DNA from: Eledone cirrhosa
Taxonomy: Eukaryota
Reading direction: 5' to 3'
NCBI GenBank assembly: GCA_964016885.1
Contig: OZ024745.1
Location: 37,324,001-37,388,000 of the forward strand
DNA: 64,000 nucleotides
Shown piece by piece: positions 41,654 through 54,259 of this stretch; the stretch's first letter is position 1; each line of letters begins with the position of its first letter. The position numbers were made by a program, and so were the translations under genes. Below the pieces are notes generated by a model. It searched no databases. It was not told where the DNA came from and saw nothing but the letters and a program-made list of their open reading frames with translations.

Positions 41654-42032
41654 TTACTGTTCATGATATTCTTATCGTTATTATTGCTTTTGTTGCTGTT
41701 GATGATCATGATGTTCTTGTCGTTTAAAAGTCTCAGCCTTGCCGCGCACTTAAGCAAAATTACCCAAGGATTATAAGTGAAAGTAAAACAAAAGTTGCAT
41801 TTGATATTTCCCCCTCGTTATTTAATGTATTGAAGGTCTGGTTGTATCCACTTTAGAATAGGTACACCGTATCCCTGAGTGTCTTAAGCAGTTAATAAAA
41901 GTGTTCTGTCAAGAAGGACATTCAGCTGTAAAACATTGGCTAAAAAAATGATAAGTATGTTGTCTATCATGAGGCCTGCAAGTCATATTCATGATTTAGC
42001 ATGGAGAATAGCCTTAACATGCTAGTTCTATA

Positions 42033-42150
42033 ACTTAATGTATTGAAGGGAAAATATGTTAATATAATACTTAATGTATTGAAGGGAAAATATGTTAATA
42101 TAATACTTAATGTATTGAAGGGAAAATATGTTAATATAATACTTATGTAG
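42033..42150. repeat. 36-bp minisatellite, 3 perfect copies plus a partial
   Basis: ACTTAATGTATTGAAGGGAAAATATGTTAATATAAT head-to-tail with no spacers. Confidence 0.9.
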
Positions 42151-42624
42151 TGAAGAATGGAAAACATTATCCTAATGACATTAACTTCAATCAGTTTTTT
42201 TGTTTTTTTTTCTTTTTTGCGAGTACCGGTACGAAACTCCGATAGAAAATTCTGTGCTTCGCTGAGAAAGTTTAGACGCAAACATGTCCAGAGTTGTCAC
42301 CCGTACTTTGTATATGAGATTTTCTGAGAATATTTCCTTCGAAAAGTTGTCGTACTGTCTAAATGAAATGTTATGTCCCTTCAGATTGACGTTATAGAAT
42401 TGTAAACTAAACAGCGATATTTTAGTATTCACTCATTATGGAAATTATTAAACTTATTGCGAATTTAGTACTTTATTTATCAACCCCGGAAGGATCAAAA
42501 GCAAAGTTGGCTCTGGCGTGATTTGAGCAGTACTCGTATAATAGTAATTTCGACTATGCGAAGGTCTGTTATACAAATCTCATATTTTACTTGGAAGACG
42601 TCGTACTTATTAATTAATAAGAGA

Positions 42625-42701
<77 letters not shown>

Positions 42702-43610
42702 TGCCACAGAAATACCTCTATGTACAATATGAATATTAGTGGAACATTCCAAATAACAACACATCAGCCAAATAGAGTCAAGAAATTCCAGAAAACAAAT
42801 GATATATCATATTTTTAAAATAACATATATATCATATTTTAAAAGCATTCATAACAACAACAATAACATCAGTAAACAGAACTAAGACATTCCATCAACT
42901 AAAGAAGCTACATTCAAATACGGTACACACTACAACATCTGGCCAACAGACGTGTTGTCTCCTCATTCTGCTTCTTCTGCTACTACTGCGATGACTTCTA
43001 TTGCTTAGGCATTACCAGATTCACATATTGGCCATATGTGCTACAAACCCAGGAACCACAATCTATGGAGCCCCCGTCTCGTTCAAAATATAAATATTAA
43101 AGTATATATTAAAGTATAGTGATGAAGAATTTAAATATTCTAATTGTTATCAAATACATTTTTCTTTTGGTATAACATCTGTTTAAGAAGTCCGCATGGG
43201 CCGATGCTGACACTTTAGTCTTGTTCTATTTGTAAGCCTACATTCATGTGCATACATTTAAGTTTCATTAAGTGTCTTGCACGCAGATGCTGGGGGGTCT
43301 CAAATGTTCTCTATCCCAGGACACTTAGTTGCTTTAATCTTACCCTGTGTTTGGAGCAGTTTAATTTTGATTACCGTCACTTAGGCATACCCCCTCACTC
43401 GTCTCGTTTCTTCAAATCTCGCTGTCCATATTTTGTTCTCAAACTTAGGCCATACAATAATCACTTTGTTCTGAGATTTCTCCTCAGACCGTCATTCTTC
43501 TAGAAATTTCAGACTTGACCATATTTTTGCTGCAAATGTGCAAGGTGAACATAAACCAGAATAGTTTCAGAAGAAAGCGAAATCAATAAGACAACTTCTT
43601 TCTTCACCAC

Positions 43611-43838
43611 CAGTGTTTCCCGAAGTATACTCCACGAAAAAAGGTCTGGGGTTCCGTGAGTTAAACTGACTCTTAATAAAATTCAACAAAGAAAAATCTC
43701 TATATATTTTTATTTGAATAAATTTCTCTCAAAGTCCACTATAGTATCATTAAATGCCCGTCTTATTAATATTAGCTTTGTGGTGATAGGTAAAATATAG
43801 GTATGGGTTCCGCGAACAAATAAGTTTGAGAATTATTA
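43611..43838. mobile_element. Possible hAT-type MITE
   Basis: Starts CAGTGTTTCCCGAA, ends GGGTTCCGCGAACAAATAAGTTTGAGAA; repeated GGGTTCCG subterminal motif. Confidence 0.4.
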
Positions 43839-44081
43839 CAAAGGTTTTTTTCGCGGACATGGGCCAGCGACATCTGCTGCAACAGCCACCCTACCTAGCG
43901 GAGCCTCTTCCTTAGACGGGCTGCTATCGATCTGATTTTCCACAAGAGATCAGCTGTCCGGAGTCCGAGAACATGTGATGTCTTGACGGTGACCGGTACA
44001 AAGAGGAAGCAGCCGGACAAGATCTTGTCTCACAGCATGTGTGTGTGTGTGTATATATATATACATGTATATGTGCGTATG

Positions 44082-44152
<71 letters not shown>

Positions 44153-45092
44153 GTATATATGCATGTATATAATGTATATATATATATGTATATATATATA
44201 TATAAATATTATTCTGTGGAAGAAATTCTCATGAGGTATTGAGACGTCTAACGATCCGTCACATAAATTGGGCATCACACATTCATAACAAACTAGAATG
44301 GAAGGCTACTCATCAATAGCGTTATTGTATCATTCCTTAACATATTTCTTTATCCTCGTTTTGTTTCAATTGTAGAGTAAAAAAGCCATTTCTCTTTTGT
44401 CAACCATTTGAATGATAGACTTTAATTAACTAATATTCAATGTAAAACCTAAGGTGATGTCAGTGAATTTTACGACAATATTCATCATGTATGATGGACC
44501 ACCGTTGGTTTGACAATGAATGTTCCAGTTGTTTAAACAAAGGAACAGCTTATTCCACAGACAGATATACCCTTAACGTAATTGACAGGGAGATTCAGCG
44601 CGTTACAATGTGTCACAAAGCTGGCCCTTTGGATTACAGGTACAATATATCTAACGGACCTAAAATAGGTTCCGTTTATACAATTTCCCTCACAAGGCAT
44701 GGTCCGAGCCTCCAACGCTGGTCGAAGATGCTACGTGTAATCGACTCTTAGCCATTCGGCCAATCTCATGATTTATACTAAACATTAATTAATTATCTTT
44801 AACCCTCCAGCCAACCGGGGAGCCTTTACACTGTTACTTGATCTGCTAAACATAATAACCAAATCAGTCTCAAATAAAACTACTGTATAAAGGATACACT
44901 GAACAAATTTGTCCTTAACGTACAAAAATAATAATGACATCGTCACTGGTAAAACGCCTTTGATCAGAGGTTGGCTCAATCTGGGCTGGTAAGGAACGAA
45001 ACAACAACAACAATAACAAAGTTAAAGACCCACGAAAATTAAAGACCCACGAAAATGAAAAACAAGGGAAGTAACTTTGTTAACCTGCTATA

Positions 45093-45305
45093 GAAATAAA
45101 AATAAAAATAAAAATAAAAATAAAATTAAAAATAAAAATAAAAATAAAAATAAAAATAAAAATAAAAATAAAAATAAAAATAAAAATAAAAATAAAAATA
45201 AAAATAAAAATAAAAATAAAAATAAAAATAAAAATAAAAATAAAAATAAAAATAAAAATAAAAATAAAAATAAAAATAAAAATAAAAATAAAAATAAAAA
45301 CAAAA
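45093..45305. repeat. (AAAAAT)n hexanucleotide microsatellite
   Basis: Directly visible. Confidence 0.95.
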
Positions 45306-45695
45306 TTGAATTGGCATTGTGAACGACCGATGCTGTAATAATATACATGCAACTACTTTTCATTTATTGCTCATCAGTAACCTTTGTTTCCCTACCTCGG
45401 ATGAACTCTTATTATTGATATCTTACAATATATTATGTATAGATGTATTTCTATCAACATTTAGCTTTTCTTCTTCAAAAGCTGCTTCAATTACTGGTCG
45501 CTACAGGATGTTTGCACCTGCTGCTGTTGTATAGGAGATGGTCCTTTGTTGAAGAGCTTGAGTTTTCATATTAGTAGCAGCTTCTTTCTTTCCGGCAGAG
45601 GTGACAACGTCAGCAACAAGAACGACAATAACATTTAAACTAACGTTAAAGAACCTAACTTTTATTGTATATATATATATATGTATGTATGTATG

Positions 45696-45738
<43 letters not shown>

Positions 45739-45765
45739 GCACAGCCCCACTCCACATATATTGTA

Positions 45766-45852
<87 letters not shown>

Positions 45853-46689
45853 ATGTCTGCCTCTCTGTTTTGTTCCCGTCTAAATTTGCACTATATATAT
45901 ATATATATTGCTCTCGGACTGAACGATTGAGACTTCTTCAGACTAAAACTGGTGTCTACTTCACTATTATCATCAACCCATGACCACTCTTCAACGCTCT
46001 GACAAGAATTTTCTATTTCCGTTGCGCCACGTGACTCAAGCGTATCACACCAGCAATTTGCCATTAGAGATTGTGTCATATTAAATACAACTTTTGTCTT
46101 GTCCCCCAGTAATTTGATTCACTGAAGACTTGACCATCGCCAATGTACATGACGATAGGACAAGTTACATTATTCCTTTGTAAGGACAATAGTAATAATA
46201 TAACCTAAGTAGAGAGGAGTGAGTAACTTGTACGATAAACTCGTCACCGTCCCTAATGTTTTAAAAAAGGCAAATATACTAGACTCTTTCTTCTCTTTCC
46301 CTCTCATTCCGCCGTCCCCATCTTATCTCTTTTATTGGTACTTTTGATATTTCATACTTTCCTTCCCTAAACTGACTGACTGACTGGTGCCTCTGATTAT
46401 TAATTCTAAGAAGTGCACTCAATCGTCCATTTCACTAACATTGACCTGTTTGCGAAGAGGTTTGTGTACATAAGCTAACAATCGAGCAGCACTTGGTGAA
46501 ACGATCACACTTCGAAATTTGCGGACTTCCTATTAATAGCACTCGTTACACAGACTCCCTTTTCATTGATATTACAATACGGACCTGGGGCCATACATAT
46601 ATACTAAAAAAAAAAAAATAACATCTTTTATTATTTAATTCATTTCTGAAATAAAGCAAAATTATATTGGCAATATATACATATATATA

Positions 46690-47072
46690 TAACTGTTTCT
46701 ACTTTAGGCACAAGGCCAGCAATTACCCAGTGCATTACTGGTACTTTATTTTATCGACCCCGTAAGGATGAAAGGCAAAGTCAACCTCGGCGGGATTTGA
46801 ACTCAGATCGTAAAGAGACGTAACTATGCTGGAAAGCATGGCGTCCGACCCTCCACCGATACTGCCAATCCACCGCCTTTCAGTAATTGTTTCTACTTTA
46901 GGCACAAGGCCAGCAATTATCCAGTGTATTACTGGTACTTTATTTTATCGACCCCCGTAAGGATGAAAGGCAAAGTCAACCTCGGCGGGATTTGAACTCA
47001 GATCGTAAAGGGACGTAACTATGCTGGAAAGCATGGCGTCCGACTCTCCACTGATACTGCCAATCCACCGCC
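46690..47072 (-). mobile_element. Tandem dimer of SINE family A
   Basis: Two full copies, 46690-46878 and 46884-47072. Confidence 0.85.
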
Positions 47073-47100
47073 CTTATATATATATATATAACGGCGATGA

Positions 47101-47201
47101 ATTAGTTTTGCGAGGTTTTTTATATGAAATCGTGTGTCGAAACAAATATTGTTATACTTAGGGAGGGTCATATTTGTGTAATATTCCCAGAATTAATAAC
47201 A

Positions 47202-47204
<3 letters not shown>
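47101..47204 (-). mobile_element. Isolated 3'-terminal fragment of the PLE at 50172-52581
   Basis: Reverse complement of about 52481-52581 with few mismatches; abuts (TA)n. Confidence 0.85.
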
Positions 47205-47261
<57 letters not shown>

Positions 47262-47267
<6 letters not shown>

Positions 47268-47606
47268 CTTCAAAATATTAATAAATATAGACACTCATGT
47301 GATCAAATATATTTTATTATACATATCTCAGAGGTACTGAGCTATTTCAACAGTACGTCATATATACACACATGTGTGTGTGTGTGTGTGTGACGTACTG
47401 TTGAAATAGCTCAGTACCTCTGAAATATGTATAATAAAATATATTTGATCACATGAATGTCTATATTTATTAATATTTTGAAGTAATACAATAATAATAA
47501 ACGTCGTCTCCCACCCCACACTCTCAAGCATGAAACTGATACTAATACCATTTGTACTGCCTCTTCGTTTTTCTGTTTTTTTTCTTCTCTGTTTATTTAT
47601 TAAACT
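47262..47606 (+). mobile_element. Fold-back PLE-derived mini-element with half-HHR
   Basis: Arms 47262-47360 / 47391-47488 around a CA/TG tract; GTACTG..CAGTAC-CTCT-GAAA-TATGTA-TA-ATAAAAT with no CTGATGA; tail 47489-47606; (TA)n flanks. Confidence 0.7.
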
Positions 47607-47629
47607 ATATATATATATATATATATATA

Positions 47630-47678
<49 letters not shown>

Positions 47679-47781
47679 GATAGATATGAAGTATTTCCCG
47701 TTGGAAGGGTAAAGGAAAGGAGAGTGCTCTATGTAAGATACAGAGCTATTTGATTATGTAATAAACAACATAAGACAATTA

Positions 47782-47853
47782 TTCCATTTACCAAAGGTTT
47801 CACGAAGACAGACGAGCTCAACAGAGACGTCTGAAATCGCTCATCAGAATGAA
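47782..47853 (-). ncRNA. Type I hammerhead ribozyme motif
   Basis: Reverse: TTCATT-CTGATGA-GCGA..TCGT-GAAA-CCTTTGG-TA-AATGGA. Confidence 0.72.
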
Positions 47854-48199
47854 AATATACATATACATTGGCGGGCTGGGTCTAATATATTGGTTGCCAA
47901 GAAGAGAAAATGGGACCACACACAACTATAATACTATCATTTAACTTTAATATCGAATAACTAAAATGTTTAAAACATCCTTTCTATTTTGTGGTTGCAA
48001 TTGACCGTAAAATTTGTAAAATAAAAATACGGATTATTGAATATGTTAAAACATATTTAACTTCTCGAATAAAAAAGATCTTGTGAAATATACACATCCA
48101 CAAAATAGTAGTAATGAGCATCAGTTTTCACACTCAATTTATATATATATATATATATATTGAGTGTGAAAACCAATGCTCATGTATATATATATATAT

Positions 48200-48618
48200 A
48201 ATATAAGATCAAAAGATCGTTAAAAAAGTTCCAAGTATTTTATTATGTGCATTTCAAAAACAAATATCATCATGAGATGATATCTGCGTTTTCATCAGAT
48301 GAAATAGGGATACATGATATAAATCTTAAAAAAACACTTGTGAATAGTGAAATTTTAAATCAACATGTTGATTTAAAACTTCTCTATTCACAAGTGTTTT
48401 TTAAGATTTATATCATGTATCCCTATTTTATCTGATGAAAACGCAGATATCATCTCATGATGATATTTGTTTTTGAAATGCGCATAATAAAATACTTGGA
48501 ACTCTTTTAACCATCTTTTGATCTTATATTATTTATACTCCAGTCCTACAAACTGTAGAGTGCTACTTATCCGATATTTGCATTGCTTTATTGTGCTACA
48601 ATAAAACTCACCTCCTAC

Positions 48619-48620
<2 letters not shown>
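48200..48620 (+). mobile_element. Fold-back PLE-derived mini-element with two inverted hammerheads
   Basis: Spacerless palindrome 48200-48530 centred on CAACATGTTG (48361-48370); tail 48531-48620 resembles tail 6171-6258; (TA)n flanks; minus-strand HHR at 48236-48306. Confidence 0.82.
48424..48494 (+). ncRNA. Minimal type I hammerhead ribozyme motif
   Basis: TATTTTAT-CTGATGA-AAACGCAGATATCATC-TCAT-GATGATATTTGTTTTT-GAAA-TGCGCA-TA-ATAAAATA. Confidence 0.82.
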
Positions 48621-48697
<77 letters not shown>

Positions 48698-49214
48698 ATA
48701 CTTGGGGAGGGTCATATTTGCGTAATATTGCCAGAATTAATAACAGAACACACTCACTGTTTGGTTGGTTTTCGCTTCTCGCTGTCTTTTATATCTGCGA
48801 TCTAACTTACTCGGTCCTCAATGTTGCCATTGACTGACCGACGGTCAAAAATAATACAGATACAATATAGACACAAACACATATATATAGTTTACATAAT
48901 TTACATAAATCTTTCGTTGCACATCTGCAACATCGTCAGTGGTGTTATATTTTTTTTCCTCCTGTTGTGTTGTATGTCTACGCCATTTTTTATTCAGTCT
49001 GTCTATATATTTATTTATTTATTTGCTTGTTTGTTTATTTTATTTTGTCTTCTTTGCGCATGCGTTTGAGTGTGTGTATAGTGTTATGTGTGCTGTGTGA
49101 CTAGTGTGTATAGTGTTGTGTCTGTTGGGTGACTAGTGTGTGTTTATGTGCTTGTTGTTATTGTGCTTGTGTATGTATTTATTTATCTTATTTTATTTTA
49201 TTTTATTTACTTAT

Positions 49215-50126
49215 TTATACTTCTCTTAGGTCAGTGTTGTTTGTTTGGGTGTTGTTGTTGTTCCACTCATTCTTTCTGTTTAGCTTTGGTCTTCTAATTT
49301 CTATTTCACTCGCCTCTCTGATTTGCCTATCTGCTGGGTCATTCCTATGTTTAGATATTATTCTAATTTCTATGTTGTCTATGTTACCGTCATGTTGTTG
49401 TCTAGCATGTTCGTATAGTACTGACCCGTTTTTTCGTCCTTTTAGTTCCCCCCAGTGTTGGTCTATCCTTTCACCTATGCTACGAGCTGTCTCACCTATG
49501 TATGTTGTTGTCATGTTTCTGCAAGTACCCTCTGTACATCTTATGCTATAGACTACGTTTCTAGTTTTACAGTTTATCCGGGGGTTCACCTTACATATGA
49601 TACATTTCCTATTGGTACAGTGGGTTTTCTTAAAATGGTAGGTTTTGCTGATCAGGGATTTTATGGTGGTTCCTGGCTTTTCTACCACCTTTATTTTTAA
49701 GTGGGTCTTTCTCAGGGCCTTTCTACACTGGTTAGCTAATTTCCCTCCAGGGGTGGCATCCACAAACATGACACTCTGATATCTCTGGTTGTCGTACCAT
49801 GATGTGGCCTTCCCTATCTTATGTCTAGCCCTATCTAAGCTATTCCATGATTTGCTCCTGTATAGTGGGCAAATTCCTTTCATGTCCAGTTCTATGAGGG
49901 TCTTATACTTTTCCATGGCTCCTTCGTATACTCTGACTCTGTCTCTTTGGTTGTAGCCAGAGAACTGCATGCGGTTGATGAAGTGTTGGATGTGTCTTTC
50001 CATTTCTGTTGGGTCGCACATGCTGGACACATTCTTCATCACTCGTACCAAATCTGCGATCAGAATATTAAACTTAGCACTACTGGACATTGCTGAGTTT
50101 TTGAGTATCAGGTATTTGGAGGCCAT
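49215..50126 (-). CDS. Inverted duplicate of the PLE C-terminal half (RT thumb, Zn finger, GIY-YIG endonuclease)
   Basis: 303 aa matching the C-terminus of 50145-52019 except two visible substitutions (KVV/KMV, YHF/YPF). Confidence 0.8.
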   Translation of the reverse strand: MASKYLILKNSAMSSSAKFNILIADLVRVMKNVSSMCDPTEMERHIQHFINRMQFSGYNQRDRVRVYEGAMEKYKTLIELDMKGICPLYRSKSWNSLDRARHKIGKATSWYDNQRYQSVMFVDATPGGKLANQCRKALRKTHLKIKVVEKPGTTIKSLISKTYHFKKTHCTNRKCIICKVNPRINCKTRNVVYSIRCTEGTCRNMTTTYIGETARSIGERIDQHWGELKGRKNGSVLYEHARQQHDGNIDNIEIRIISKHRNDPADRQIREASEIEIRRPKLNRKNEWNNNNTQTNNTDLREV

Positions 50127-50171
50127 GGGTTTAGCATAGTGTGAGTGGAGAATTTGGGCTCTCTCGTCTAT

Positions 50172-52019
50172 AGTGTAGTTGCTAGCTATATTAGCTCCGC
50201 ATACAGGATCTCCTACTTCCTCTCAATCGTTATACGCCCCATAATCAAGATGTCCCCAGATGTATGTGAAAGTACAGAGGACCTCCTCAGCAGAATCAGT
50301 GAGTGCAACAAAAACAGGAGCCTATCCAACTGCATAATAGGCAGCATGGATGTGGTGTCACTGTACCCATACATTAACATTGATTTTGCTGTGAAAACAT
50401 GTGTGGAGATGATCATTGAGAGTGAGGTGGAGTTCTTTGACGTCGACACAGACGAACTGGGCCTCCTACTTAGACTTACCTACGACACTGACTACCTAGA
50501 CAGCCATGACCTTAGATGTTTCTGCCCTAGTAGACCTATAAGAGGTAGACCCCCCACCATAACCTCAATGGCAAAAAAGACTCCCATAAGAAGGTGGATT
50601 GGGTGGACCAAAGCTATACGGACCCCCCAAAACACTGATCAGGTAAGAAAAATGGTCGCACATGCAATAGGGGCTAGTATCAAAACTACCCTAAAGGGCC
50701 ACATATTTAAGTTCAATGAGAAAATCTACACCCAAAATGAGGGAGCAGCCATTGGCGTCAGCATAGCTGGTGATGTTGCCAACCTTTTCATGGTATGGTG
50801 GGAAAGGAGACTTAAAGATCTCCTTAATGAAAGCTCCATAGACCTCATCATGTACTCTCGTTATGTAGACGATATCAATATAGTTATAAGAACACCCCCA
50901 CTAGAGAGCACTAACAAGTTTGATTTAGAACGTAGCACGATGGAAAGCATCCAGCAGATAGCTAATTCCATACACCAGAGTATAACTGTAACTATCGACT
51001 TCCCTTCCAAACACCCTAACAATAGACTACCTGTATTAGACACAGAACTCTGGATTAACACTATAGACGAGAGAGCCCAAATTCTCCACTCACACTATGC
51101 TAAACCCATGGCCTCCAAATACCTGATACTCAAAAACTCAGCAATGTCCAGTAGTGCTAAGTTTAATATTCTGATCGCAGATTTGGTACGAGTGATGAAG
51201 AATGTGTCCAGCATGTGCGACCCAACAGAAATGGAAAGACACATCCAACACTTCATCAACCGCATGCAGTTCTCTGGCTACAACCAAAGAGACAGAGTCA
51301 GAGTATACGAAGGAGCCATGGAAAAGTATAAGACCCTCATAGAACTGGACATGAAAGGAATTTGCCCACTATACAGGAGCAAATCATGGAATAGCTTAGA
51401 TAGGGCTAGACATAAGATAGGGAAGGCCACATCATGGTACGACAACCAGAGATATCAGAGTGTCATGTTTGTGGACGCCACCCCTGGAGGGAAATTAGCT
51501 AACCAGTGTAGAAAGGCCCTGAGAAAGACCCACTTAAAAATAAAGATGGTAGAAAAGCCAGGAACCACCATAAAATCCCTGATCAGCAAAACCTACCCTT
51601 TTAAGAAAACCCACTGTACCAATAGGAAATGTATCATATGTAAGGTGAACCCCCGGATAAACTGTAAAACTAGAAACGTAGTCTATAGCATAAGATGTAC
51701 AGAGGGTACTTGCAGAAACATGACAACAACATACATAGGTGAGACAGCTCGTAGCATAGGTGAAAGGATAGACCAACACTGGGGGGAACTAAAAGGACGA
51801 AAAAACGGGTCAGTACTATACGAACATGCTAGACAACAACATGACGGTAACATAGACAACATAGAAATTAGAATAATATCTAAACATAGGAATGACCCAG
51901 CAGATAGGCAAATCAGAGAGGCCAGTGAAATAGAAATTAGAAGACCAAAGCTAAACAGAAAGAATGAGTGGAACAACAACAACACCCAAACAAACAACAC
52001 TGACCTAAGAGAAGTATAA
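50172..52019 (+). CDS. PLE reverse transcriptase with C-terminal GIY-YIG endonuclease, N-terminally truncated
   Basis: SMDVVSLYPYI, FKFNEKIYTQNEGAAIG, RYVDD, LPVLD; CTNRKCIIC..C linker; NVVYSIRC..C..YIGETARSIGERIDQH..EH..H..REASEI..PKLN. Confidence 0.93.
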   Translation, partial: SVVASYISSAYRISYFLSIVIRPIIKMSPDVCESTEDLLSRISECNKNRSLSNCIIGSMDVVSLYPYINIDFAVKTCVEMIIESEVEFFDVDTDELGLLLRLTYDTDYLDSHDLRCFCPSRPIRGRPPTITSMAKKTPIRRWIGWTKAIRTPQNTDQVRKMVAHAIGASIKTTLKGHIFKFNEKIYTQNEGAAIGVSIAGDVANLFMVWWERRLKDLLNESSIDLIMYSRYVDDINIVIRTPPLESTNKFDLERSTMESIQQIANSIHQSITVTIDFPSKHPNNRLPVLDTELWINTIDERAQILHSHYAKPMASKYLILKNSAMSSSAKFNILIADLVRVMKNVSSMCDPTEMERHIQHFINRMQFSGYNQRDRVRVYEGAMEKYKTLIELDMKGICPLYRSKSWNSLDRARHKIGKATSWYDNQRYQSVMFVDATPGGKLANQCRKALRKTHLKIKMVEKPGTTIKSLISKTYPFKKTHCTNRKCIICKVNPRINCKTRNVVYSIRCTEGTCRNMTTTYIGETARSIGERIDQHWGELKGRKNGSVLYEHARQQHDGNIDNIEIRIISKHRNDPADRQIREASEIEIRRPKLNRKNEWNNNNTQTNNTDLREV

Positions 52020-52285
52020 ATAAGTAAATAAAATAAAATAAAATAAGATAAATAAATACATACACAAGCACAATAACAACAAGCACATAAACACACACTA
52101 GTCACCCAACAGACACAACACTATACACACTAGTCACACAGCACACATAACACTATACACACACGCAAACGCATGCGCAAAGAAGACAAAATAAAATAAA
52201 CAAACAAGCAAATAAATAAATAAATATATAGACAGACTGAATAAAAAATGGCGTAGACATACAACACAACAGGAGGAAAAAAAAT

Positions 52286-52360
52286 ATAACACCACTGACG
52301 ATGTTGCAGATGTGCAACGAAAGATTTATGTAAATTATGTAAACTATATATATGTGTTTG
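52286..52360 (+). ncRNA. Hammerhead motif in the PLE 3' UTR (mirror copy at 48875-48948, minus strand)
   Basis: CTGACGA-T-GTTGCA-GATG-TGCAAC-GAAA-GATTTATGTAA-A-TTATGTAAAC-TA; stem I (AACACCA / TGTGTT) is imperfect and offset by TATATA. Confidence 0.65.
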
Positions 52361-52577
52361 TGTCTATATTGTATCTGTATTATTTTTGACCGCCGGTCAG
52401 TCAATGGCAACATTGAGGACCGAGTAAGTTAGATCGCAGATATAAAAGACAGCGAGAAGCGAAAACCAACAGTGAGTGTGTTCTGTTATTAATTCTGGCA
52501 ATATTACGCAAATATGACCCTCCCCAAGTATAACAATATCTGTTTCGACACACGATTTCATATAAAAAACCTCGCTA

Positions 52578-52615
<38 letters not shown>

Positions 52616-52626
52616 GATGTATAAAG

Positions 52627-52660
<34 letters not shown>

Positions 52661-52661
<1 letters not shown>

Positions 52662-52783
52662 ACAAAGGAATAGTGGTAAGGAACCAGATGGACCATAACC
52701 CACCAGAGTACTCAATACTTAGGGTAGTAGAGTGGGAAATAGGAAAAAGTCTGACGGCTCTGCTGTCGGGGTCATACTTTTTC

Positions 52784-52786
<3 letters not shown>
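52661..52786 (-). mobile_element. Short fold-back mini-element (half-HHR family)
   Basis: Same tail as 3511 and 26309, with a very short hairpin TAGGAAAA..TTTTCCTA; (TA)n flanks. Confidence 0.7.
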
Positions 52787-52815
<29 letters not shown>

Positions 52816-53639
52816 GATGAGGATGACCACTGTAGCCAATGGAATCTATAGCCAGACACAATGCTAGGACTTGAGAGGCGAACAGGGGAACGGCCCAGCG
52901 AAGCCGAAGCTAGTTGTAGTCAAACACACACCGCTAGAACGAGCGATGGACGATATAGCCACACACACAGCTACAGCGTCCGAAGCGAGCGGAGCTTCGT
53001 CTACATTTTAACTTCTAGCAAAACGAGAAGCAAAATTCTTCTTCTTCTTCTTCTTCTTCTTCTTCTTCTTCCTGGTGGGGGGGGGGGGGGGGGGGTCATT
53101 GGGTCAGATACCTCAGACACGCCATCAAGAGGCTACTACCAGAAGCAACCGTCACCAAATTATCCGGTTGGATTCTCAAGCGAGAGTAACTGAAATTAAG
53201 GATGTTATCCAACCATCTTGTACGTGGTCTACCTCTGAATCTCTTGCTGGTCGGCTCTGCCCGTTAAATCTAACCACATGTCTGTTCGGAGATTTAGTGA
53301 CTTTAGCTGGAGCAACTCTCCTCTGATCTCTTCTGACTTAGTCGAGTAATGTTACCTCCAAACCACTCGAAAGAACACCATTTCGGCTGCTTGTATTAGC
53401 GATCGTAGGTAGAGGTAGGCACGAAGAAAGGATTGAAGAGAGTGAGTTTGGTTTTTACACCTATCTCCATTTTTCTAATGACCAAGTGCTGAAACTGGTG
53501 CATTACTTCATCAGCTCCTGCAATTCTTGCACTTAATTCAAAGTCCCGCATTCAATCATTCATGAATAAAAATAAAAAAAAAACTTAAATTCTCCGCCTG
53601 CTTCACTGTAATTCCATTCACATAAAATGTGCACTACTC

Positions 53640-53930
53640 AGGCTTTTTTAGTGGACGAGTGTCTTGGCTTTCACAGCACTGCTTTATTATTCCTGCCGTG
53701 CAGCACTCGACAGCAACCCTATACAGTGCATGATGGAGGTCAACTTGCGACAAGTTAAGTAGCATGATGTAGCCTGAAAACTCCAGCCTACTGACCCTAC
53801 ACCCGTCAGTTTTGATATGACTTCCAGGCCGGCTGAGAATGTCAATCCTGTTCATGAAGATTATGAAGAGGAAAGGAGATCGACACCCGCACAACTTAGC
53901 ACCATTTATCCGAACACAACTACTATGGCA
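53640..53930 (-). pseudogene. Degenerate RTE-clade RT fragment
   Basis: GAKLCGCRSPFLFIIFMNRI..RVSRLEFSGYIMLL..DLHHALYRVAVECCTAG matches the GVRQGCxLSPxLF..FADD..DLQxAL pattern. Confidence 0.55.
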
Positions 53931-54215
53931 GTGAAAGAACCAAAGCATAAAATAATAAAATAGTGTGCATGAATTATTAAAATTTCAATGAATTGAAACA
54001 AAAATGTATCCTGTAAGGTATTTCCTACCAACCGATCTGATCTAACTATTATTGACGCAATATTCAGACAAATAGATTGTCTAGAGCTGTGGGGATTTAA
54101 GGACGAATAATTTTTATAATTAATTTTACCAAATTAATAAAACACATTTTATTAATAAAACTACATTATTTCCCATAATGTTTTATAATTACAATATATA
54201 AGTATATTCGTATGC

Positions 54216-54259
<44 letters not shown>

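Larger units (their letters stand above)
48690..52581 (+). mobile_element. Penelope-like retroelement (Neptune-like), 5'-truncated, with an inverted pseudo-LTR arm
   Basis: 48690-50176 is the reverse complement of about 51058-52539; unpaired 3' tail 52540-52581; both ends in (TA)n. Confidence 0.93.

Noticed and set aside
42033-42150. 36-bp repeats of CRISPR-like length
   Set aside because: No spacers, no cas genes, eukaryotic context.
50145-50171. Start of the 624-aa PLE ORF
   Set aside because: Lies in the inverted arm; the true N-terminus is missing because of 5' truncation.
50172-52019. Selenocysteine recoding as in some Naiad PLEs
   Set aside because: No in-frame TGA in the visible ORF.
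52815-53340. GC-richer segment resembling an LTR or 5' UTR
   Set aside because: No second copy, primer-binding site or coding motif that I can confirm.
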